Source: Ginglymostoma cirratum (Eukaryota). From it: 64,000 nt of DNA. The notes beneath the pieces are model-generated. The model was not told where the DNA came from, did no database searches, and saw only the letters and a list, made by a program, of their open reading frames with translations. The DNA is taken from positions 1,246,428 to 1,310,427 of the forward strand of contig JAHRHZ010000115.1 of NCBI GenBank assembly GCA_024137785.1. Direction: 5' to 3'. Numbering within the stretch: position 1 is the stretch's first letter; every line of letters begins with the position of its first letter. The position numbers and the translations under genes were made by a program. Shown here in pieces: positions 26,905-38,949 of this stretch.

Positions 26905-27150
26905 ATCACAGTGCAGTGGCCATGCCCATTGTCACAGAACATCCTGCAGTGACACTGGCCCATTGTCATCTCACTGACTTCCGGATGCCTGGCCCATTGT
27001 GACCTCAAAGACTGCAAAGAGACGGGTCAGCTGTACCCTCACTTACTGCAGCTGTACAGACTCATTGTGAACTCACTCACTAAAGAGAGACAGGGTCATT
27101 GTGAACTCACCTATTTATGAATATCAGGCTTATCGTGACCTCAGTCATCT
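26905..27150. repeat. Degenerate 34-nt minisatellite, ~7 units
   Basis: Units resemble CTGCAGNNNNACTGGCCCATTGTGACCTCACTNA; the paralogous array is at ~59215-59440. Confidence 0.75.
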
Positions 27151-27439
27151 CAAGATGCCTCTTGTTTCTGGTCCTCCCGTCTCATTAGGCACTGGTGATG
27201 CACTCTTCCCGGCTGAATCCATATTTATAAAAGTTGAATCCATCAATGAACTTTTTCAGAATTTATTGTTGGTCATAACAAGGCGGAAACATGACAAAAA
27301 GGTTTTCCCAGAAATTTAGTTTGACGCTGCGTAGACTGAGTTTATTACTCGTGTTCTTTATGTCTGATTGTCATTATGTTACATTTTGAAATACTGACTA
27401 TCAGCTAACGGTCAGTTCCCAATCCAGAACAAGACGAAA

Positions 27440-27760
27440 TGAGGTTGCCTCGTAGCATTAATCGCTGAACTGTTTATCCAGAGACCTAAGTTACGGATTT
27501 GAATCTCACAATTCGAATCAGTAAAATCTTGTATTAGGAGTCCAATAATTACCATGAATTCATCGTCGATTTTCAGAAAAATCCACCTGGTTCATTCATG
27601 TCATTAAGGGAAGGAAACTGCTGTTCTTACCTTGTCTTGTGTACACATGACTCCAGACCCACAGCAATATACCTGACTTTCAACGACCCTCTGGGCAATT
27701 AGAGATGGCCAATAAATACAGGTCTTGCTATCGATGTCCACATCCCAAGAATATATATAA
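27440..27760 (+). mobile_element. SINE with Deu-like core and L2-type tail (SacSINE1-like); paralog at ~59740-60030
   Basis: CTGGTTCATTCATGTCATTAAGGGAAGGAAACTGC...TGACTCCAGACCCACAGCAAT...GGGCAATTAGAGATGG...CACATCCC. Related pieces at ~8960-9115 and ~23600-23765 (minus). Confidence 0.6.
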
Positions 27761-29099
27761 AAAAGGTCAATGCATGTTCGTTGATTGGGGAAAGCACGAG
27801 TAGGACAGAAGGCCTGGATTCAAGTTCAGGTGAGATTAATAACTCTGGGAATGTTGTTTAGAAAATAGCGATAGCAGCAATAACGGTGGGATGGTCGTGT
27901 GCGGACCTGTAAGCCAAGAAATTTCACTTTTTCCAAAGATGTGTAATACCATATCTGTTTAATTTGTTTACAAAAGATTCAGACCAGCATTGAACGTGAA
28001 GTGAACAACTTTAATGTGAGCTCGGAAAAGAAATGAGGTTATCCTCATTTTGGAAAAAAAAGTATGATCGGGTTATGGTTTTGTATGTTGAAAGCCATAC
28101 GCTTTTGATTGGCCGATTGCACCTGATGGGGTTCAACAAAATCAACGATATTTGAACCAAGTGTATCGCAGTGAAAGATAAATTTTATTTATGACAATAT
28201 AAGCTTCAAACTATCTGAAATAAAGTGTCTATAATAGATTAAAAAAAACTGATTCCATTGTAAATCATGGGAGGAAACTGTCACCAGTTGAAAAGTGAAA
28301 GGACTATAGAACATATAGGAGTGAAGAACGATAGGAATCGACGTTTCAAATAGATGCAGGCATTATAATTTAAATTATTACTGTGCTCGCTGATTCTGTA
28401 TTACTCCAGTCACTTTCTGCCTCCTCTTCATCCATACTCCTGCATCAGTTGGTCTTCAGCAGTTAACAGTGCACAAGTGCAAACTGGGGACAGACTTCCC
28501 GAGATTTACGCATCACAATCACACACCTTCTCTCTTCCGATACTGCAGTTGGCCTGCCCACTGTTCTCATATGTTGTGTAAAATCTGTTCTGAATTGTTC
28601 AATACAGAGACTGCTGCTGCTTGTCTATTCGTGTCATTGGTTAGATCAGCTATAAAATGAAAGAGGGATCTGTAATTTTGCTTCAACTGAATGTTTCCAG
28701 CTCTAAAGATTGATAGACCTAAGAAGTAACAAGCGGAACGATCTCTTAACCCCCCTCATCATTAGCTCACAACCCAGTGGGCAGTTCTTCGCTTCAATTC
28801 AACCAATGCATGATGTAAAGTCTGTAAGAATGGTAAAGATAATTTTAATGATCTAAGTTACGCTATTTCCGATTGTTGCTGTCTTTATTAGTTTTGGTTA
28901 GTTGATGTATAATAAATAGTGTAAAATCCAATTGTTGCTATGACTGTTAAAGAGGTAATTGACGACACCATGAAATAAACCTTGAATACAATTATCACAC
29001 TAGTTCTGATAGAGTTCGCATCGATGCAGTTTGGCACTTTGGAGACAATGGAGATCAGGAATTTTGGAATTGTGAAATGGTTTTCCCTCTATGTTTAAT

Positions 29100-30100
29100 A
29101 CTACTGCAAAAAGTCACCAAATTAACAATAGGTGCTACTCTGGACACTGACATTGATATCACGAGAAGCATTGAATGCCACAAACATCGCGACTCGAACG
29201 CCACTATAAGATGTCCATGAATTGTTTCGCAGGGAGTGCGATTGTGCAGTAAACCATTTGAAATAGCAGAAAATATACAGTTTAAGGAAAAGGGAGGTCT
29301 CCCTCAAACTGAATGAAATGTTCAACATTATATGGTCACTGGCTCCCATGGGTGTCTTCGTTATGAGGTCATTATTTAGTTCGATAGTGTTGCACATCGC
29401 TATGTCTGTTGAAGCCTCTGTTTGGTCGACTCCACAAAAAGCTTTTCTAAGAAATCATCCTGAAAAAAAAACTATGATCTCCTTATCTAGACGATCTTTG
29501 GCCGGCTGGCATAACATAAGTGTGGATTAAAATATTTCATGATTATCTACAATTTCTGAAATGTGAGCAGTATTTCTTACTTTATGCTGCACCCAGTTCC
29601 TCTGGAGAGATGGGGGACGGGTGCTGCACAACAACCGCAATTCTTTCTGTCATAATTGAATGTCTCTACCCAAACGTGTTCCATATCCTACTGTCTTTTA
29701 ATTAGATCATTCCTCCCACTGTGTTTATGGCATAATTAACTGACATTGCTACCATCCACCATTTCTTATACACCTGTCCGTCTGAAATCTGCTGTAACAG
29801 TCCATCTATGGGTATCATTCCATTTTTTTCCAGCTATTTTTATATAACAGCTGTGAGATTGTACTTAATCATTTTTATTTGTGCGTTTAGTTTACCTGTT
29901 CCATTGTAATATAATGGAAATTCGGATCCGGGGCACTGAACACTTTATAATTTGTGTTTATCCTCTTGTCTTATAACTTGACTTTTTTTTCTTCGACTTG
30001 TCCTCACTACACCCTGATGTGAAGGCCGCATTTGTCACCTTGTCATTTTAAAACGTATTTTCTTCGATTCTTTGATTTGCCGCATATTCTAAGCTTTCAT
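29100..30100 (-). mobile_element. Old CR1-type LINE fragment (endonuclease region), shared with duplication copy 2 (~61230-62230)
   Basis: Minus-strand PMGASDHIMLNISF matches the APE-endonuclease SDH motif. Confidence 0.55.
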
Positions 30101-31045
30101 TAATTGTCACAGGTCATTTAGTTACAAATCTTCTCTACTTTCCTCATCATGTCGTTCACCTTTGCAAAGGTTCTTGCACCATTCATATTCATGTTGTCTC
30201 ATCGTTGAAAATCTAACATTCCCAAGTGCCAGTGCCAGTGCTCGACTTCTCCCATACCAATCGCTCAGCAAAGCACATATCACTTCAACTTGTTTTTTTT
30301 TTTTTTGCCTATTCCATTCAGTTCAGGAATAAACCAAAGGTTCGATATGACCATTGACATTCTGCTTCATAATTGTCTGCCTGGCAACTCTGATATATTG
30401 CGCAAAATCTCTTTCTTTTATCCACCTGTGCCGTTCATATATTTGTGCTCACAAAGATGGGATCCTCCCCCTCTGGATTCTCTTGATCCCACTTTAAGTT
30501 CTTCTCCCTCAGAAGATATACCAAAACCTGACACCAGACTGTTAGCATATAAGATTCTGAGACGGATTGAGAAGACAGATAATGATCAGGCGTCTATCCT
30601 TGTTATGGAATCTCGAACGTGGTAAGGTATTATTATGAGGGAGTCTCATTCAAGAGGGATTTGTGGAGGAACTTATCTTCTTTCAGTATTATCCTTATTT
30701 GGGTTATCTCTCACGGATGGCAAATTCTTCCTATTTATGATTTCTTGTTAAAGGGAGAACGGGATTGAACGTCTGAATATGTGAGGGAAAGCAAGATGGC
30801 GAGGAAGAATAACAAATAACAAGGAAGTACATTGCAGAGATCCAACTGTATTGAATAATTACCTAACTGTGATTGGTCCTCAGTTAACGTCAGAAAGGAG
30901 AAACCAGCCAATTGCGACTGGGAAAAATGCCACTGAGTTTCTCAGCAAGTAAAGACTGGCTCTGGTCTGAGCTCAGTCACCGGTATAAGACTTTAAGATT
31001 CAACATTTTAAACCATGCTTTGTTTACTGTCAATCTACACGATCA

Positions 31046-31512
31046 CCGTGTGATTTCCTGATAACCATAGTCACGCTGCCCAGTGAGTGTGAGCTGAAAC
31101 CGCCATTATATGTTTCCTTGCTTTTTTGCAAACACATTTTACTTATATACACATTGTAATGTTTGTTGCAGGAATGTGTGGCTAAGGTTCAGTTTCCCAA
31201 GATTTGCTTCAATTGAATGTTCATGATGGACAGTCGCCAAAACTGAACCGTTGCAACACAACAAACTACAGTGGACTCCCTGGTAAATTCTACATCCCGG
31301 GGTGACTCTGAGATATTTAGTAAGGAGTTTCGGAAAGGGAAATGGAAATATGTTTATAAGGTTCTTGTGGCCGGTTTTCCGTTAATTTAGACTAAGACAA
31401 GTCAACAGCTCCATTAAATACCAACGGCGCACTTGTCTTTGACTCTACCATATATTACTGCACACTGATGTCCACACTATAACAGAGGCGCAGTCAGTCG
31501 CCGAGAAAAATT
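31046..31512 (+). pseudogene. TCR alpha-type V pseudogene
   Basis: Leader lacking ATG (CDFLITIVTLP, GTGAGT donor at 31083); exon from 31172 GMCG*GSVSQDLLQLNVHDGQSPKLN...W*ILHPGVTLRYLVR...GRFSVNLD*DKSTAPLNTNGALVFDSTIYYCTLM. RSS CACACTA (31473-31479), 24 nt, AGAAAAATT. Confidence 0.85.
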
Positions 31513-32226
31513 AAAAGGGAGTCTTAACACATCCCCTCAGTGGTTTGGAGATGCGATCTCCATTGTGAATTGTTAATATTGTCAAACCATAGAACGGTCA
31601 GCTTTTCCACAATTTTTTTTCTGTGTTGCTTTCTATACAAAATCCTTCTCTATAGTGGTTGTATCTATTGTTTATGATACAATTCCTTTCATGCAGACTC
31701 TGGCATCCAAACCACCACAACGTTCACTAATATCTATCGCTGGCCAAACAAATGGATTGACGATTTAAAGAACGCGCGTTGGCGTTAATGCCCATCTCGT
31801 TCTTCTGCTATATCATACAAAGCAGTTATTTTCAATATATTTCAGACAATGTCGACAGAGTTGTGATCTTAATAGAAAAAGGATTCCGAGATCATGCAGG
31901 ACGGTGGACGCATCAGAAATCAAGAAGTGTCCCATTTAACGGCAGAGCAGGTTTAAAGGGCTAAATGGCTTTCTGAACCTCCCATTGTGTGTTTCTGCTA
32001 CCAGTTCTCTGACGTGATTGATTTCAGAACAAGAGGTGTTTTGAACTGCTTGGGTGTTACGAGGTGTCACTGTCAGAAAGGAAACAAACAGCAATGATTC
32101 GGGATATGACTCAGCATCTTCCCAAAACTGAGATGAAACAGTTTACTTTCAAGCCACCATTAGCTGTCAGCTGAGACTATTCAGCTTTAGCCACCTGTTT
32201 TTAAAACTTCGATTCGCTTTGTAAAC

Positions 32227-32781
32227 ATGACAGCTGTTATAGTCTGCTCATTGCTAACAGTTGCAGTTCTCTTAACTGGTAAGTTTCTGAGTCGCAAAAT
32301 GTTCTTTTGTATGCTTATATGGGTAGAGCAAACTTCCCTTTGACTGTGTTGCTCTGCACTAAAATATATGCACTTAATAGAGTGACAGTGAGAATATTTA
32401 TCCTTTCAATTTCATTGTCTTCTAATTTTCTGCAGGTGTTAGTTGTGCAGATTCAGTCTCACAACAACCGGTAACAGCAATACAGAATGAAAGAACTTCA
32501 GTAACCATTCATTTCCGCTATTTGACGAGAGCTGATTCATTTTCCTTGTAACTATATCGTCAGGACCCAGGTAAAACTCCAAAAATCGTGATCTACATCC
32601 CGAAATACGGAAAGGTTGTCAGAGAAAATGGCATTGGAGTTCGATACTCTGCATCTCTGGAGGCTTCGAAAACTGAAGGGAATTTCACCATTGATGAACT
32701 GGAGTTGTCTGACAGTGCGTTGTATTACTGTGGGCTGAGATACACAGTACCTGGATCCAGAAAGCAACCCATACAAAAACA
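32227..32781 (+). pseudogene. TCR alpha/delta-type V pseudogene with intact leader and good 23-RSS
   Basis: Leader 32227-32278 MTAVIVCSLLTVAVLLT(G) with GTAAGT; exon 32436-32742 VSCADSVSQQP...SVTIHF(Cys lost)...SL*LYRQDPGKTPK...FTIDELELSDSALYYCGLR, TAA at 32549-32551. RSS CACAGTA (32743-32749), 23 nt, ACAAAAACA (32773-32781). Confidence 0.93.
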
Positions 32782-33479
32782 CTGTCCCTGGTCGACTGGG
32801 GAGTAACATTTACTTTCTAAATTTATACCAGAATGCTCTGATTTCAAATAAAACAATGTGCTTACCACGTCGACAGCCACAGGTGCAGCATTGGCCAAGG
32901 TTTCCGACCCTCACTTATGTTGAATACATCATGAAAAAAAATGCAAATATGTGATTCGAGAATTTATAGCATCTACATTAAAGTCATTGCAATCCAAATC
33001 CTGTCGAATCTACAATATCTGACATTGTGTTCCACTCAGTAAAGAGGTTACACAAAGCAACAGCTACAGATCACTGCCGGACAGATCTGTAATGAGTGTA
33101 TTACAATTATTAGAACGTTCATTGGGAAGATTTCAGCGTCTACTGTAAATTGTTATTTTAATTAAAAACTACTTGTTCCTTTGCAGAGATGTATTTCAGA
33201 AACTGCCGCTGAGAATGTCTCACTTTCCATCCAAAGAATTTGCTTTCTTCATAGCAGTTGTGAATTCGCAGAGATCCCTAACTAAGCAGCATTCGTTAGC
33301 TACTTTACAGTTTCAGTATTAACGCCAGAATCATTAATTCATGTGAACGATTTTAAATTATGTTTGTGTGGATTATGCTCGAATGTTTCTGGCACAGGGA
33401 TGTACAGAAGTGTCAGTTCCTGAAACCCAGTTATAAACATCCTTCAACAGGCAGCAGATGTGAACCAGAACCCTGCAGC

Positions 33480-34629
33480 AGTTATTGTACGAGGCTGTCG
33501 CTCGTTCCCATCACTGTGAACCTCACTGCACAGTAATAAATAGCGGTGTCAGACTGCTGCAGATGGTCAATCGGTACAATTTATCTGACCATTGAACTGT
33601 ATCAGAAAATCGCTTCTGAGCAAAATCCGCCTTAAATTCAGCATCGCCGCTCTCCAAATGCCAAACTGCGAGCTCGGGCTTTCTGTCAGGGTACTGGCGG
33701 TACCAGAACAAATAATCAACATCACCGGTGTACGTACAGGTTAATGAGACATCTCCTCCCTCTATTTGCTTGAGTGAGGGCTCCCGCTGAATAACAGAAA
33801 CTCCATCACTCCAATCTGGAAGATAAGGTTACAGAAAGCAGGAATAATTCAGTAAATGTTGAGCTGAAAGGTCGAACTGACAGTTAAATAAAAGCGCACA
33901 TTTGCTGCGACCTGAAATTAGACAGGTCTCTGAACACAAAATATTAGAAAAAAAATAAAGAGTTCTCTTTGCCAACGAAATAAGTTCTAAAGATGCCATA
34001 TAGGACCAAAACATGTTTTAATTCTATTTTTGTTCATGATGCAACCAGACGTGAGGAGTTTTCCTGGCAATTTTTTTTTTGTTTTGTTTTCATTTGAACA
34101 TAAAACAATTAAGAAACACTGTCCAATACTAGTGTTAGCAATCCACACCAGAATCCACTTTACCCCTTGTTCTCATTTTAGCTGCGCATCCATCTTTCCA
34201 TCTCGTCATCATCTATTTATCCGACGTACCCTTCATGACGTTCTGATTCAAACACTCCTTGAGCCAATGAGTTCATTATTCGAAATCAAAAACAGGATTC
34301 CCTTAAGTTTTCTTTCGGATCATTATTCTGACTCTTATGCACCTTCACAGGGTGAATTGTACATTTCGAAATCTATTATATCTTACTATTGGGATCATCA
34401 CTCTAATTGCTCTTTCTATGCTTTGCGTCCCTTTATTTTTCTTGCAAGATGTAGAGCTAATCGGTTCACAATAGCCCAATCTCAATGCAGTCAAGGTCTA
34501 ATACGTATTGAAAAGAATACTTGTTTCGGTCATGCTAAGTGATAGAGAAACTGAACCCTTTCAATCCATGTAAAACTTCTTACCGACAATGAATGTTACC
34601 AAGATCAGCGTGAAAATGGAGATCTGCAT
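33480..34629 (-). pseudogene. TCR delta/alpha-type V pseudogene (single frameshift)
   Basis: Leader 34584-34629 MQISIFTLILVTFIV with GTAAGA; exon 33815-33519 DWSDGVSVIQREPSLKQIEGGDVSLTCTYTGDVDYLFWYRQYPDRKPE...YRLTI / frameshift ~33560 / QQSDTAIYYCAVR. RSS CACAGTG (33512-33518), 23 nt, ACAATAACT (33480-33488). Confidence 0.93.
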
Positions 34630-35906
34630 TGATGCTGCTCTGATTCCTGGCGATTTTTTTCCGTCACATAGATCTGCAAAGAATCGAATAAGAAAGAGAA
34701 CAAACCCTGAGATCATTGGCTGAGAGATTCCAGATATCAGTTCCTTCACAGCCAGCGCCTTCTGACACTGCTTACGCTTGATTGAGTGTCACTTTAGCTT
34801 CAAAAGTCGATGTTATTGACATTAAATTTACATCCTGGGGATCGGATAAATAAAGGATAAATATAGACAGCCTGATATTTAATAATTCTGACAGCGTGGT
34901 CGTTAATCTGAAATATGTATTTCAAAGAAGTAAAGATGCAACAGCGACGGATGTGCTCAGTTAAATTCTTCAAAGTGACTAATCAGACCGAATTTGTTTA
35001 TGGAATTGGCATTGGTTGTCTTCCCGCCAGTGACACACAAAGTGATTTTTATCACTTTCTGCAGAGACACACAGCTCTGGAATAGACTGCATTTGTGAAC
35101 CTGAAGCCCGAAATGGAGTCGACATACTAAAGAGACCATAGCCAGTTGAGATTGTTCACTTGCAATGTATCGGAGTATTTTTGATGGTAGCTTGGAATGA
35201 TTGTACCGGATTATTCCTATGAACAGAACACATAGCAATGTTGAACGAATATCCTGAAGTGCAATTCACACTTGGGTGTTCTACGTTTCGGTCTTGTTTT
35301 AAAGATTAGAGACAATCCTTTGAGAAGTACGCCCATCATGCATTCACAGCGGCTGAATTAGCAAGACTCTCACTTCAAATAAACCTGATAAACAGACCAT
35401 AATGCAACGTTCCAGGAACCTGACAGTGGAGATGTGGAAAGGTTGATCAGTATAACACACATGCAGAGAAACTGATCCAATGACAAAAAAAAAACCAAAA
35501 AGAAGTGATCCAATATGTATGGAGTTTAGATATTCATCCCTTGTCTGATTTCGTTTCTCCCAGGTGTGCAAGTTTCCTCCAAAGTCCAAAGATGTACGGG
35601 TTCGGTCAATTGGTCATGCTAAATTGCCCCGTGATGTCCTGGGTTTTGGAGGCTAGGCGGACAAGCCATTGGAAAATGCAAGGTGACAAGGATGGGGTTG
35701 TCTCTTGGTTGTATACTCTTCAGAGAGGTGGTGTGGAAATGATGGACCGAATGGCCTTCTTCAACACTACAGGCAATCTATGCCATCTATTTTTGAATAA
35801 ATTTACAAATGTTAGTTTCAGTGAACATACAAGTTGGAATAAAATAATGTTAGTCCATCAGGCATCATCAACTCTCCTTGTCAGATGTTGTGGTTTGTTA
35901 TGCTCG

Positions 35907-36226
35907 TAGAGTGGTTTGGTAACTCAGTGACGCCTCACAATGCTAGGAGACCAGGTACGATTCCAGCCTAGATTGGCTGTCTGTGTGAAGTTGGCTCTTC
36001 CCACGGTTTTCTATGGGTGTTCCTGTTACTTCCATGAGTTCAAAGGTGTGCGGATGAGGTGTCTGGCTGTTCGAAATTCCCCATAGTGATCAAGGATTAA
36101 CAGGCTATCTGGATTTGCCTGGAAAACACGGGGAAATGGTGCGTTTTATTAGGATACTCTTTGGAGGGTTTGTGAGGACTCGATGGACTGAATGCCCTGC
36201 ATCCACGCTGCAGGGATTCTATGATT
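35907..36226 (+). mobile_element. Decayed HE1-like SINE; a 5'-truncated copy also lies at ~35510-35785
   Basis: GCCTCACAATGCTAGGAGACCAGGTACGATTCCAGCC head and GGGATTCTATGA tail, as in 58667-58994. Confidence 0.75.
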
Positions 36227-36330
36227 TTTGGGCAGAAGTTCTCTGTGGGGGTGATGTTATCGTTTCTGAATATTAGGGTGAGTGTACCCTCTGCTGGACC
36301 CTCCTGGAACTCTCAGGGTAAGGAGAGGGA

Positions 36331-36795
36331 AGTGTTTGAAAATGATCGACATAGTTCTGCATCAACTTGTTCTTCATGTCACAGAAATACGATACACTGT
36401 CAAACATAAGGGTTCTGAAGATATGGACAGGAACAGTTTATCTTTTTTTGTTTGTTTAACTCAGCAGAGAATCTGTTTGCTACATTTGAACATTTTTCTT
36501 CAACTCCCTTGTCAAGCATCTTCAGGCAGTATCTTGGAGTTTTCCCGGTATACTTTGTGTACCAGAACAGAACCACAGAAAGAACAGTTGTGTTTAATAA
36601 CACTCGATAATCATGCTGTGAGCTTCCTGAATCATGAATTCAGATGAATCCTAAGATCCCGAATCCTGCCCACCCAATCCTGTGACACAAATTCTGAACG
36701 ATCGAAAACTGAGGAAGATATACTAAGTATTTTACGACTGACTCAGCAGACAGAAAGACAGTTAATAAGAATGAATGTTGGGAAGAGAGTTTAAT
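36331..36795 (-). pseudogene. TCR alpha-type V pseudogene
   Basis: Exon from 36679 GLGGQDSGS*DSSEFMIQEAHSMIIEC..VLFWYTKYTGKTPRYCLKM...NRFSAELNK..FDSVSYFCDMK; degenerate RSS CAAGTTG (36363-36369), 23 nt, TCAAACACT; degenerate leader ~36747-36795. Confidence 0.82.
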
Positions 36796-37439
36796 AGAAA
36801 AATAAGCCAAAAGGCTTTTTATATGTTAATCCAGCTTAGGTCAGATATTGCCTATTCAGAAATTGACTCGAGTTTTTCAGGAACAAGATTAGCTGCTCTG
36901 TCAGAACCAATAACAGTTACGCTCCAATAAATGACAGTTGCAGAAAACGACTTTCCCTTATTCTTTCTCTTTCTCAGTGAGTTTATAGGGCATTCGGTTC
37001 TTTTTATCAAGGCTTGGTGTCTTTCACTGCCTGTACCTCTCTCTGCCAACTGTTCCAGACATTTTTTTTGTGATGATGGGAGTTCTGGGAAAAAAAAACA
37101 AAACAAGAAAAGAAAAACAACAACGAGTGTATCACACTTTTGATGAATAACACCACATCAGGTAGAATTCAAACAAACAACTGCACATACTGTAAATCTG
37201 AAACAATACAACAAGTCTGGCCGCACCTGTGGAGTGAAATCCGAGGCAAAGTTTAGAGTGCAGTGAAACATCTTCAGAAACAAGGAGAAAGCAGCATTAG
37301 TGCAAAAGGTTTCAATGCAGGATAGAGCACTCCAGCCAGAACTCATTAGCTTCGCCAGTTCCTTTTCATTTTTGTTTCATTTTTCCTCTCCTTGCTGCAA
37401 TTTTTTCATCCCCTCTCCCCCATCAACTTTTAATTTCTT

Positions 37440-38175
37440 AAAATGTAACCACAGTGAAAGCAGAAAGGAACAAGTGAGCCTGACGCCAGAGCAGCGCAGG
37501 AGACCAGTCAAAGATCGTTACAGTGTGGAAGGAGAATCCCGGAGGCGAGTTGCGGGCAGAGCCTGGCGCAGAAAGAAGTCCGAGCCTCGGCTGGCCCAAG
37601 AAACATGCCCTGTAAGCGAGGCACGGACCGGAGCCTGGGACGGGAATCAATCCGAGTCCAGCGAGACTGACAGACAAGTCCTGGTGGCGAGTTGAGTGCC
37701 AGAGTCCAACAAGGGAGGTAGTCTGAGCCTGGAGTGGTCTTGGAGACAATTCCGAGAGGCGAGTCTGGTTGCGAAATCGCGGGCGGGGACATGGCGCGGG
37801 AGGGAGCCCTAATCCAGTCCAGCCCGAGGAGATGAGTTTTGGTAGTGGAGCTTTGACTGTAGGCCATGGCAATGAGGCAGCAAGGCCTCGATTTCTGAAA
37901 CCTGTTTGGCACAGACTCAAACTAAAGGACCACAATTTGAGTACGTTTTAAAGACTTTTTTTTCTTTTTTAGGGACTTAGAGTATTTTGGGTACCTTGTA
38001 AAACTTCGTATTCTTGTGCTAGATTTTTGTTTACTCGTTCAATTCCGTAATAGACATCTACGTTTCTGTACCGAGGTATCCTCTACCTGAGATGCCACCA
38101 CAGCAGTGACATTGTAATGTTTTCACTGTACTTATTCGGGTGCACGTGACAATATAGTCTACTCTGTTCTATTTT
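37440..38175 (+). mobile_element. GC-rich non-autonomous retroelement with L2-type 3' tail
   Basis: GC/CpG-rich body against AT-rich flanks; ends TTTCACTGTACTTATTCGGGTGCACGTGACAATA, resembling an L2/MIR-type terminus. Confidence 0.5.
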
Positions 38176-38949
38176 GACTCTTTCTATTTCTCTCCTGCAA
38201 AGACAATGGCATTTCTGTAATTGGTAGAATTTAAAATGAAAAGTCCCGAGTGCTTCTCACGGACATTCTGGAAGTTAGGCAGACACTGAACTACACACTA
38301 GGGAAAGTAAGAAACAACTCAGAGAAAGTCTTTGGGCTTTTAGAACTGTCTTCAACGGGGAAAATATGGATTTTATGTTCCAACGAGCACCTACAGTTCC
38401 TATCATTTTTTGATGGAACTTTTCTGTCTTCCACTGTAAACCCCAAAAAATGGAAGAACTATTCAGATGAGCAATTTATATGTCGCTATTTATACAACGC
38501 TATGGGCCAAATGCTGGAAACTGAAATTAGAATAGGTAGATGTTGATGACTGGCACATAAAAGATGGGCTGAATGATCTTGTCCGTGCTGTAAAAACACG
38601 ACAACTAGATCAATCTATAGAAGAAACATGTCTCCAGTGAAAGTAATTTAGTTAAAGAGGTTAAAATCAGTGTCATTAAAGAAGGAAAAAAGTCTGGCAT
38701 GTGCCTTCCATAGCGGTCTACTGGTTTGGATTATCGAATTTCAATGCAACTGACTAGCTTTGATTACCAGACACGTCAGGTCGATTTGTTATGCTTGTAT
38801 GTACCTTTAAAATGACTGCGAAATCCTAACAGTGAAAACATCAAAAACGGAACAGCTGTGTCGGAATTGCTGATGGTTTTAGATGAGAAACGAAAGAGTA
38901 ACACGGGAATGGGACCAAATTGCATATTCTTCTGCAACAAAAACAAACA

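Larger units (their letters stand above)
25665..33090 (+). repeat. Segmental duplication, copy 1 (paralog of 57515-63920)
   Basis: Colinear, diverged similarity throughout, e.g. GTAGCGCAGAGGGCT at 25727/57577, the 34-nt array, old LINE fragments, leaders, CTACAGATCACT at ~33064/63897. Confidence 0.92.

Noticed and set aside
26905-27150. CRISPR-like or J-segment array
   Set aside because: Eukaryotic context; units are contiguous degenerate tandem repeats without unique spacers or J motifs.
34030-34542. 170-aa plus-strand ORF
   Set aside because: Lies antisense within a V leader intron, has a non-ATG start and no domain features.
37438-37935. Overlapping 130-165 aa ORFs
   Set aside because: By-product of a GC-rich repeat; no recognisable domain.
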